Of a stretch of 64,000 nt of DNA, positions 26,561 to 34,566 are shown piece by piece. This DNA comes from Clostridiales bacterium (GTDB lineage: Bacteria > Bacillota > Clostridia > Saccharofermentanales > DTU023). A model generated the notes under the pieces. It was not told the origin of the DNA. It was given only the letters and a program-made list of their open reading frames with translations, and made no database searches. The translations under genes were made by a program, and so were the position numbers. Every line of letters starts with the position of its first letter. Within the stretch, counting starts at the first letter, position 1. The stretch is taken from positions 6,269 through 70,268 of the forward strand of contig JAQYCV010000036.1 of NCBI GenBank assembly GCA_028724525.1. Reading direction: 5' to 3'.

Positions 26561-26577
26561 TTTTTTTTTTTTTTTTT
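26561..26577 (+). repeat. T17 homopolymer tract between the candidate promoter and the RBS of the surface-protein gene
   Basis: 17 consecutive T counted at 26561-26577. Confidence 0.95.
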
Positions 26578-26616
26578 GTACATTTAGATACTTATATAAA
26601 TAGGGAGAGGAACTTC

Positions 26617-29600
26617 ATGAGAAAGACAAGACACAGTAAAGGACATCTTAGAATCATTACAGCACTCTTGCTGGTGATCCTTATGGCTTTTTCCATCCTG
26701 CCATTGAGCGCTTTTGCTATGGATGCAGACCAGAAAAATACGGAAATCGCGCCTAATTCAGAAGAACTGGCCGGACTTGGAGACCAGGATGACGACACGA
26801 ACAAGAAGTCTGAGGACAAGTCTGGCGTTGATGCTGGCGACAGCAATGCGTCAACAGGCAAAGACGAAAACAAGCCTGAAACTCCAGCTGAAGAAGAGGG
26901 AGAGCAAAAGGAATCTTCCGATAAAAAGCCAGAAACCAATCTAGTCGAAAGCTCGGATGTTGATAAAAAAGACGGTGCTAGCAAGGATAGAGAAGCCTGG
27001 AAAAAGGCCTTGGAAGAAAAGCTGAAGAAAGGGTCCAAAGAGGATCCTGATATCCAACTCTTCAGTATTATCCAGCCCACGAAGCCCACCTACACCTACA
27101 TTTTCAAGGTAGACGATACTGAATACGACAAGCAGATTGTAAAGAATGGAGAAAAGCTCTTAGAGCCGGAGACCCCCGAGAAAGCTCATCATCGTTTTCT
27201 GGGCTGGCAACAAGAGAACCCTGAAGGCAGTGGTAACTATGTCGATTTCGATTTCAGCGAACCCATCTCAATAGCAGAAGATGCCACAAGTCAGGAAATC
27301 GAATTAGTGGCTAACTTTGAAGAGGTCTACTATGTCTACTTCATGTGGCCCCGGCAGGGTGAGGTTAAAGAGGAAGACAAAGATAAGTATGAAGTAATAG
27401 CCTCTCACGAAGGTAAGCCGGGTGAATCCATTAAAACAACAGATATTATTTCCCCCGATATGATGTTCCACGATATTATTTCTCCTGAACTGGAGGGACA
27501 GGAATTTGAGGGCTGGTACAAGGATAAAAAACTCACAGATGCGTGTGCTGATCCTTTAATTATAGGAAACGAAGACATCACCCTCTGGCCCAAGTTCCAG
27601 CCGACCGGCTATTGGCTGCACTTTTTCCCGGGTGAAGGTGCTTCTACTGTTATCTCACAATTTGTAAAGCGGAATAGCACACCTGCTATACCTGACCCTA
27701 CAAGGTTTGGCTATACTTTTAAACACTGGTCTTCCTCAAAAGATGGTCCTGAATTTGACTTTGCACAAGAATTAACTAAAGACACCGACCTCTATGCTGT
27801 TTGGGACCTCGCAAAAGCTAAATACACCGTCGTTTTTTGGAAGCAACGTGCAACTGACGACAAGAATGCACCCAATGATCAGAAAACCTACGATCTTGTA
27901 GAAGTGTATAAAGACGTTAGAGAAGGAACAACAGATGCCATAGTGCGCCCAACAAATGAGGACGAAAACTGGGCTAATACAAAAGACGAATTCCAGCACT
28001 TCCACTATAACTCTGAAAACTCTAAAGAAGTTATAGTCAAGCCGGATGGTTCGACAGTCCTCAATGTTTACTATGACCGTGATCTTTTTTATATCAAATT
28101 ACACTTTAGAGATGAGTCTGGACTATATCCCGATGATAAGGTTAAAACTATAACTGGACTCTACGGATCTGTTTTAATGGAAGGGACTCCTGACTATAAG
28201 ATTGCCTACGAAAGTGATGCCAGTGTTGGTAAAGATGACTGGCAGTATATGTGGTCGGGGAGTAAGGAAAAACCAAAACCCTCAATAAAACTAGATGAAC
28301 AAAATAAACCAGTTGAACCAAATAAACCAGATGTACGGGGCTTCCCCCTAACCTTTCGCTTTGAAGGCCCCAACTACGATTTTGGAAATGTGACGAAAAC
28401 AGACAAAGAGAACGATACAGCACACTTGTATCAAAGGCCTGATACCCCTGCCAACTTAGTTAATTGGATAGATTTTCAACGGCTAAATGGCAAGTACCCA
28501 GATGTAAATGACGGATTTGATGCGGATGAAACGTCGATAGGCGTTTATGGCACTTATTACCCGAACCTAGGTGTATACAAAGGCTTTACTCTGGCTTTTT
28601 TCAGTAAAAAAAATGAACCAACTGAGGATGAATGGGAGAGCTTTGCAGGAAAAACGGAGATAGATACGACGGGCTCAGAACAACATAGGTTTCGCATTAG
28701 AGCAAGTAGAAACGAATACAAGCTGACTTTCCGGAATTATAATGAAACCATAACCTCTAAAACTCTGCTCTATCAAGAACCTTTGAAGGGTTATTCTTTT
28801 ACCCCTAGCAGACCTGAGCACTTACCTGACTACTACGGGTTTAAGGGTTGGTACAAGAATTATAAAGATGGCGAATTCACAAACAAATGTGATTTTGACA
28901 AAGAAACCATGCCCTATAACGATATGGTCCTTTTTGCCAAATGGGGACCCAAGAGCGATGAAGATACGATGGCTATAGCCTATTGTAGTAAGCTGGGTGG
29001 GGACAAGAAAACATTAACTACGGAGTATGGGGACATAATTGAAAAAGAATCCCTGCCAAAAGTTGTCAGAGAGGATGGAACCCTAATCCAAGAAGGTGAT
29101 GCAGACTATCTCGTCAAAATCCCTAATAGTGCCCAATGGATAGGCTGGACAACAAAGGATGCCGAGGGAAAATACCAGCTTTATTCTTTTGGCCAAGCGG
29201 TTTACAAAAGGACTGAGCTTTATCCCTACTATATCGAGAAGGGCCTGTACACTGTTACTTATCATTACCCTGGGAACGATGGCAGTGAAAAGAACAAGAT
29301 AGATCCTAAGACCTACACAAAGCACTCCCAGGCTGATGTCCTCCCTTGGCCTCCTGACGGTAAAGTTCCAGAAGGCAAGATCTTCTTAGCCTGGACTACC
29401 AATAAGGAGGTGAGCGACAAATCGGCAGTCCCGGTAGCTTCGACTTCATCAGATTCTATGCAGGTTGGCCAAGCCTCTGAATTCAAGCTGTTTGCCACTT
29501 CTATGGCCGCTGTAGCTGCAAAAAGTGGCTATACGCCAAAAGATGCCATCGTCGTGGAAAATAATGTAGATTTCTACCCTGTGTTTGGACCTATCCCCGA

Positions 29601-30645
29601 GGAGGTTCAGATTACTTATGACGGCAACGGGGGAGAATTACCTGGTGGCGCTAATACCGTCAAATTTGATCCTGTCGCTAACAATAGCCTGCTCAAGATC
29701 TTAGATAATACGGAGGCTGACGGCCTCGGCTTTAAACGTACAGTTCAACTTAGCTCTGGTCCCCATGCTTGCGAATTCAGGCTCTGGGAGTATACACGCA
29801 AGGGTAAAACCTATAAGACTAAGCCCGGTGATGAATACACCTTGGACAGTGAGGATCCTAATAACAATGTCCTTAGAGCTGTATGGGCCAAACCTATAGA
29901 AATCAAGGTTACCACTGTTTGGGAAGACCAAGATAACAAGGCTAAGAAGCGGCCTGATCACCTAGATGTTCAGCTACGCAGAGATGGTACCGATCTTGGT
30001 GATCCTCTCAAGTTAAATCCGGATGTAAAATGGCAGGGCTGGTTTGGTCAGGATGGCGACCTCTTAGATATCGACGAAGCTTGCAATCCGTATACATACG
30101 ACATAGTAGCCCCCGATGTCACAGGCTATAAGAAAACTGTAAAGGGAGATGTGAAAAATGGCTTTACCATTAGCTACACCCTGCCAGTTGAGCCAAGTCC
30201 AGAGGGACGGAAGTACGTCGTCATAGTCGACCCCAATGGGGGTGTCTGGCCCGATGGGAGTTCAGAGAACTTACGCTACTTATTTGACGGAGGCGATATC
30301 TTTACGTTACCCGAACCCCCAAGCAAGGCAGGCCATGTCTTCGACTATTGGCAAGGGTCTCGCTACAACCCCGGTGACGAGTATGTCGTCACGGAAGACC
30401 ACTACTTCTTAGCCATTTGGAATCCGACAGAAGTACCTGAAATACGGGTGCCGATTCCAGTCGGTGGACAGACGAGCACCCCAAGCCCCTCCCGGCCTAC
30501 TCCGATGCAGGCCACACCGGTTCCTGCACAAGTCGTAGCCCTACCCCGGACCGGGGAATCCAGGCTGGAAAGCTACAGTTTATCTGCCAGCCTAGGCTTG
30601 CTGGCCGGTGTCCTAATCTTGTTGAGGAAAAAGTATAAAGCTTAG
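26617..30645 (+). CDS. LPXTG-anchored cell-wall surface protein with multiple Listeria-Bacteroides (Flg_new-type) repeats and a Cna-B-like domain
   Basis: Signal peptide MRKTRHSKGHLRIITALLLVILMAFSILPLSAFA (ATG 26617, RBS GGGAGAGG). Repeats recur with the pattern F.GW...F.F....DL.A.W, for example GYTFKHWSSSKDGPEFDFAQELTKDTDLYAVW. VTTVWEDQDNKAKKRPDHLDVQLRRDG is Cna-B-like. The C-terminus has LPRTGE, a hydrophobic helix, then RKKYKA. Confidence 0.85.
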   Translation: MRKTRHSKGHLRIITALLLVILMAFSILPLSAFAMDADQKNTEIAPNSEELAGLGDQDDDTNKKSEDKSGVDAGDSNASTGKDENKPETPAEEEGEQKESSDKKPETNLVESSDVDKKDGASKDREAWKKALEEKLKKGSKEDPDIQLFSIIQPTKPTYTYIFKVDDTEYDKQIVKNGEKLLEPETPEKAHHRFLGWQQENPEGSGNYVDFDFSEPISIAEDATSQEIELVANFEEVYYVYFMWPRQGEVKEEDKDKYEVIASHEGKPGESIKTTDIISPDMMFHDIISPELEGQEFEGWYKDKKLTDACADPLIIGNEDITLWPKFQPTGYWLHFFPGEGASTVISQFVKRNSTPAIPDPTRFGYTFKHWSSSKDGPEFDFAQELTKDTDLYAVWDLAKAKYTVVFWKQRATDDKNAPNDQKTYDLVEVYKDVREGTTDAIVRPTNEDENWANTKDEFQHFHYNSENSKEVIVKPDGSTVLNVYYDRDLFYIKLHFRDESGLYPDDKVKTITGLYGSVLMEGTPDYKIAYESDASVGKDDWQYMWSGSKEKPKPSIKLDEQNKPVEPNKPDVRGFPLTFRFEGPNYDFGNVTKTDKENDTAHLYQRPDTPANLVNWIDFQRLNGKYPDVNDGFDADETSIGVYGTYYPNLGVYKGFTLAFFSKKNEPTEDEWESFAGKTEIDTTGSEQHRFRIRASRNEYKLTFRNYNETITSKTLLYQEPLKGYSFTPSRPEHLPDYYGFKGWYKNYKDGEFTNKCDFDKETMPYNDMVLFAKWGPKSDEDTMAIAYCSKLGGDKKTLTTEYGDIIEKESLPKVVREDGTLIQEGDADYLVKIPNSAQWIGWTTKDAEGKYQLYSFGQAVYKRTELYPYYIEKGLYTVTYHYPGNDGSEKNKIDPKTYTKHSQADVLPWPPDGKVPEGKIFLAWTTNKEVSDKSAVPVASTSSDSMQVGQASEFKLFATSMAAVAAKSGYTPKDAIVVENNVDFYPVFGPIPEEVQITYDGNGGELPGGANTVKFDPVANNSLLKILDNTEADGLGFKRTVQLSSGPHACEFRLWEYTRKGKTYKTKPGDEYTLDSEDPNNNVLRAVWAKPIEIKVTTVWEDQDNKAKKRPDHLDVQLRRDGTDLGDPLKLNPDVKWQGWFGQDGDLLDIDEACNPYTYDIVAPDVTGYKKTVKGDVKNGFTISYTLPVEPSPEGRKYVVIVDPNGGVWPDGSSENLRYLFDGGDIFTLPEPPSKAGHVFDYWQGSRYNPGDEYVVTEDHYFLAIWNPTEVPEIRVPIPVGGQTSTPSPSRPTPMQATPVPAQVVALPRTGESRLESYSLSASLGLLAGVLILLRKKYKA

Positions 30646-30670
30646 GAAAGCTTAATCAATCAGCATAAAA

Positions 30671-30702
30671 GGGGCTGTCTTCTGGTGAGACAGCCCCTTT
30701 TC
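30671..30702 (+). terminator. rho-independent terminator of the surface-protein gene
   Basis: GGGGCTGTCT-TCTGGTG-AGACAGCCCC followed by TTTT. Confidence 0.8.
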
Positions 30703-30880
30703 CTTGCTACGTTAGATAAGGGCGAGGGCTACTGTAAATAACGACCTTTTAGGACTTCACTTTTACGTGATCTTTGAACAAAGCAAGTCTTAGAAATGCA
30801 AAAGGGCTCCAGTGTACACCAGAGCCCTCACCCGTAGAGGGTTTGTCTTTTAAAATGTCCGCATGGGACTTTGTAGTATC

Positions 30881-31836
30881 ATTCTAAGCCCTGGTTCAAT
30901 TAATTGTCAACTTAACTTTACATTTTTTCTTTCAATTTATTATGTGTCAAAAGATCTATGATTGCCTTATCTATTTTGTCTAATGATGTATCAGAAAGAG
31001 ATATTCCAGATAGGCTATCTTCCTTATAGAGTGGGTTATATATTCTTAGCTTCGATATTGTGACAATCTGATTGACAAGAGCAATGCTTCCATACTTCAT
31101 TCGTTTCAGCTCTGTATTATACTTGCTTGCTTCTTGTAATCTGCCTCTAGCTGTCTCAATTTGTTTCGATGCTTTTTGGAAGCATAGCAATACATCACTA
31201 TCCGTAGGGTCATTTTGGGTCATTTTTTTTATCTGCTTGTAATTGTTGAAGTTGTTCAGAGCAAATGTCGATAATGTGCTCGTTTTCATCTTGAATGTTT
31301 TTAGTCTTAAGATATAGCTTTTGTTGCAAATCATTCCCTATATAAATGCTTCCTTTAGGGAGGTTATTTAAGTCATGCTTCGGTTTTTGTGATGTAAGTG
31401 GGATAACTTGAACAACTCTCTGTCTTTTACCTGAATCACTTAAAACAACACAATAGTGCAAGCCACCTTGTTCGCTTCCAATGCGAAAGCCTAAATGTGC
31501 TTTTATCACTGCCCCACGTTTAAAAGTAGCGAATTGTTCAACCTCTCTTTCTTTGCGCATAAATTTTGTGTAATCTTCAATCCAATAGGCCAATTTATCA
31601 GCAAGCATGGGATCTTGAGTATCAATGGTCTCTTCAAGAAAAAGTCGAAGGGTCTCAATACTTTTATTGCAATGCTGTTTAATGTCTTCCTTTGATTTTC
31701 GGATGCTCATAATTTTAATACCTGGTCATAGTGGTCAGAGAGTGTTAATAATTGATTCTTCTTGTGAAAAAATAGTGTAGTACTCAAGGCTATCTCGTTT
31801 AGAGGGCTATTTTTGCCGCCAGATTCTAAGCCTGGT
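30881..31836. mobile_element. AT-rich islet of about 0.93 kb bounded by 15/14-nt direct repeats at the 3' end of ogt (candidate integrated cassette or remnant; no recombinase gene)
   Basis: DR1 is ATTCTAAGCCCTGGT (30881-30895) and DR2 is ATTCTAAGCCTGGT (31823-31836). DR2 includes the ogt stop codon (31826-31828). Hand counts of sampled 60-nt lines gave about 22% and 43% GC inside, against about 70% just outside. Confidence 0.55.
30918..31710 (-). pseudogene. extended MazF/PemK-fold toxin-like gene split by a frameshift in an A8 run (track ORFs 31210-31710 and 30918-31334)
   Basis: ORF1 carries the first half of the fold: FKRGAVIKAHLGFRIGSEQGGLHYCVVLS...VVQVIPLTSQ. ORF2 carries the second half: YGSIALVNQIVTISKLRI...GISLSDTSLDKIDKAIIDLL. 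For comparison, B. subtilis MazF reads VKRGDVY..GSEQGGVRPVLV..AAITAQ..DSVILLEQIRTIDKQRL..MMDKVDEAL. The frames meet at the coding-strand A8 run (31223-31230), and an A7 run would give one 263-codon ORF. Confidence 0.6.
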
Positions 31837-32938
31837 AGTTAAACATTTCCAAGTTGAGCAGGCGGTCTTTCATCTCCACGCTGCCTCCGAAACCAACGAG
31901 CTGGCCGTCTTGGCCAATAACGCGGTGGCAGGGGATGAGGAGGCCCAAGGGGTTGGCGGCGCAGGCGCGACCGACCGCCCGGGCATAGGCTGGAGCCTTT
32001 TCAGGGCCCACGATCTTAGCCGCCAAATCTCCATAGGACCAGGCGGTGCCGTAGGGGATCTCTTTCATGGTTTCCCAGACTTGGCGTTGGAAGGGAGTGC
32101 CCTTGATGATTTTATACGGCAGGTCGAAATTTCTAGTCTCCCCCGCCAAGTAAGCGGTTACTTGCTTTTCGGCCTCCCGGAGGAGGGGAGAATAGCTGAT
32201 CCTGCCCATTGGGGAGTCGGATGAGGGTTCTGCTTGGCCTTGGGGCAGGGTCCCTGGCTGATAGCGGCCGTCGGCATCCAGTAAGCCTAGGTCATTGAGG
32301 AGGAAGGCAGGAGGGCCTGGAGAAAAAACTTCTTGGGGCTGGATGAAATCCACACCGGTAAGATAGGCATGCTGCCTGTCTTCATGTAAAATGATGCCAA
32401 AGTTGTGGAAGGGCACATGGATGAAGGAAGAGGAGAGGGCCAGGCGGCGGAGATAAAAGCCCCACTTGGCTTGGGGCCAGGGACCTGGGCACCAGGCCTT
32501 GCACCAGCACTGGAGGCCTGCCTCTTCCAGCTCCTTTAACATTTCGGCCTCCGGCGGCTTGGAGCCTTGGAAGGTCACGGATAAGTCATACAGTTCCGGG
32601 AAGTAGTTAAAAAGATCTTGGCAGAGGACTAGGCAGTCTTCTGCACTTAAGTTCGCATCTTGTTTTGGATATACGAGGACGCGCGTACCGCTGGTCATAT
32701 GAGCTTCTGCCTGCAAAAGTAGTAAGTTTTCCTGGCCCTGGTCAGATTGCCAGATAAAAATACTATCGAGGGGACAAGACTCCTGCCACTGACGCATGAA
32801 AGCTTGGCGCTGGCGGTTAGTTTTCAGACAGGATACAGGCAAGGGATAGGGCTTCAGAGCCTTATTATCCTTGAGCAGTAGTTTGATCAGTTTATGGCCG
32901 GACCCAGGTTTCATAGCGGAATTGTATCTCTCCTTCAC
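31826..32938 (-). CDS. ogt: methylated-DNA--protein-cysteine methyltransferase with a ~200-aa extra N-terminal region
   Basis: The C-terminal TPFQRQVWETMKEIPYGTAWSYGDLA...ANPLGLLIPCHRVIGQDGQLVGFGG contains the PCHR active site. The N-terminal region has no motif I recognise. Either candidate start overlaps the folA 3' end. Confidence 0.8.
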   Translation of the reverse strand: MKERYNSAMKPGSGHKLIKLLLKDNKALKPYPLPVSCLKTNRQRQAFMRQWQESCPLDSIFIWQSDQGQENLLLLQAEAHMTSGTRVLVYPKQDANLSAEDCLVLCQDLFNYFPELYDLSVTFQGSKPPEAEMLKELEEAGLQCWCKAWCPGPWPQAKWGFYLRRLALSSSFIHVPFHNFGIILHEDRQHAYLTGVDFIQPQEVFSPGPPAFLLNDLGLLDADGRYQPGTLPQGQAEPSSDSPMGRISYSPLLREAEKQVTAYLAGETRNFDLPYKIIKGTPFQRQVWETMKEIPYGTAWSYGDLAAKIVGPEKAPAYARAVGRACAANPLGLLIPCHRVIGQDGQLVGFGGSVEMKDRLLNLEMFNYQA

Positions 32939-33395
32939 TTAAGTAAGGCCCCTGGTCTTTTAGGACGAAACCACTGGCCTCGAGGTCTGGGAAGTGGACA
33001 TCTGCTGGAAAGACCTGGTCTATCCGGGTCAGCTCCACACGGTGGGTATCAGCGAGCAGGGTTTCATAGACAGAAGCTCCCCCGATGATGCAAAAATCAT
33101 CTTCCGTACGGCCTTCCTTTTTGAGTTCTGTAACGCGTTTTTCAAGTTCTTCAATCGAACGGACAATTTCTGCGCCGGGGACATCCTCTGGTCTCAATTT
33201 GCGGCTAAGGATGATATTTAAGCGACCAGGTAGGACTTTTTGCCCTGGGAAGGTTGCCAGGGTCTTGGCCCCATAAATTAAGACCTTACCCATGGTCATT
33301 TGCTTGAAGCGTCTTAAATCTTGGCGGATGGGTTGGAGCAACTGTCCATCCCGGCCAATTCCGTTAGCTTGATCAATGGCGACAATAGCAATCAT
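32892..33395 (-). CDS. folA: dihydrofolate reductase
   Basis: MIAIVAIDQANGIGRDGQLLQPIRQDLRRFKQMTMGKVLIYGAKT...IIGGASVYE. Confidence 0.9.
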   Translation of the reverse strand: MIAIVAIDQANGIGRDGQLLQPIRQDLRRFKQMTMGKVLIYGAKTLATFPGQKVLPGRLNIILSRKLRPEDVPGAEIVRSIEELEKRVTELKKEGRTEDDFCIIGGASVYETLLADTHRVELTRIDQVFPADVHFPDLEASGFVLKDQGPYLSEGEIQFRYETWVRP

Positions 33396-33431
33396 GAGAA
33401 GTCCTTTTCTATTCGTATATGAAATCCTGCC

Positions 33432-34259
33432 TTAAATTGCGACAGGGATATTTTTGAGTTGAGGGCCATGCTGGTAATTTTCCAGCTGGAAGTCCTCAGG
33501 CTTAAAGTCGTAAAATCTTTGGACATCAGGATTGATGACCAGTTTGGGAGCCGGATAGGCCGGCCGGGTAAGCAGGTCCTCAACCAGGGGAATGTGCCGG
33601 TCATAGATATGGGCATCAGCAATGACGTGTACGAGTTCTCCCACTTCTAGCTGGCATTCCCGGGCCAGCATATGGAGGAGAATAGCATATTGGACGACAT
33701 TCCAGCCATTGGCGACCAGCATATCCTGACTTCTTTGATTCAAAAGTCCAGAAAGCCTGCCCTGGTCCACATGGAAGGTCATGGAGTAGGCACAAGGGTA
33801 GAGGGCCATTTCGGGGAGGTCCTGGATGTTATACATATGGCAAATCAGCCGGCGGCTTTCAGGATTCTCTTTCAGATCTTTTATCAAGCGGTCAACCTGG
33901 TCAAATTCCCCGTCTGGGTACTGGGTTTTGCGCCCCAATTGGTAGCCGTAGGCCTTGCCAATCGTGCCGTCTTCCTTGGCCCAGGCATCCCAAATACGGG
34001 AGTTAAGATCGGCTAGGCGGTTAGATTTTTTTTGCCAAATCCATAAAATTTCGTCAATACACTTGTGCAGGGGAACAGGCCGTAGGGTCAAGATAGGGAA
34101 CTCTTTTTGTAGGTCATAGCGGTTGACCAGGGCAAAGACTTTTTTACTACGGGCGGGTGTGCCATCTGGCCAAACTGTGCGCACTTTGCCTGTCTGCCAA
34201 ATGCCCTGGTCCAGAATTTGGCGGGCGCTCGCTTGGAACACTTGATCAGCATAGCTCAT
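33432..34259 (-). CDS. thyA: thymidylate synthase (ThyA, B. subtilis ThyA-like subclass)
   Basis: The catalytic Cys lies in LYPCAYSMTFHV, followed by NQRSQDMLVANGWNVVQY and DAHIYDRH. I prefer the MSYADQVF start (34259) over the track GTG 34292 because it matches the ThyA N-terminus. Neither start has a clear SD sequence. Confidence 0.85.
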   Translation of the reverse strand: MSYADQVFQASARQILDQGIWQTGKVRTVWPDGTPARSKKVFALVNRYDLQKEFPILTLRPVPLHKCIDEILWIWQKKSNRLADLNSRIWDAWAKEDGTIGKAYGYQLGRKTQYPDGEFDQVDRLIKDLKENPESRRLICHMYNIQDLPEMALYPCAYSMTFHVDQGRLSGLLNQRSQDMLVANGWNVVQYAILLHMLARECQLEVGELVHVIADAHIYDRHIPLVEDLLTRPAYPAPKLVINPDVQRFYDFKPEDFQLENYQHGPQLKNIPVAI

Positions 34260-34460
34260 AGGAGGAACCTCGAATGATAATAAATAAGGCACTTCTCAAA
34301 ACAAAGTCCTAGCAAGCTTTGATGGGCCTTTATTAGGTCTTTTTAGGCCCTTGTTGGGCGCTTTGTTTTGAACAAGCCTGGCTTCAAGAATCAATAAAAT
34401 GATTATAGTTTAGGCCAACTTGCATTTCAACTTATGAACAGCTAGAATTTATCCGTATTT

Positions 34461-34536
34461 CGGGGCGTAGCTCAGGTGGTAGAGCGCTTGGTTCGGGACC
34501 AAGAGGCCGCTGGTTCGAGTCCAGTCGCTCCGACCA
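34461..34536 (+). tRNA. tRNA-Pro (CGG)
   Basis: Acceptor CGGGGCG/CGCTCCG, anticodon loop TTCGGGA, 76 nt, CCA encoded. Track ORF 34449-34706(-) is a shadow over it. Confidence 0.9.
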
Positions 34537-34566
34537 TTTTTTCTCATCATTTGGAGGGAGGATGCC

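Noticed and set aside
30896-30917. Integron attC-like core sites at the islet borders (GTTAAAC next to DR2; GTTAAGT on the minus strand near 30909-30915).
   Set aside because: GTTRRRY is short enough to occur by chance in AT-rich DNA. I could not build the paired R/L box structure of an attC, and no intI gene is present.
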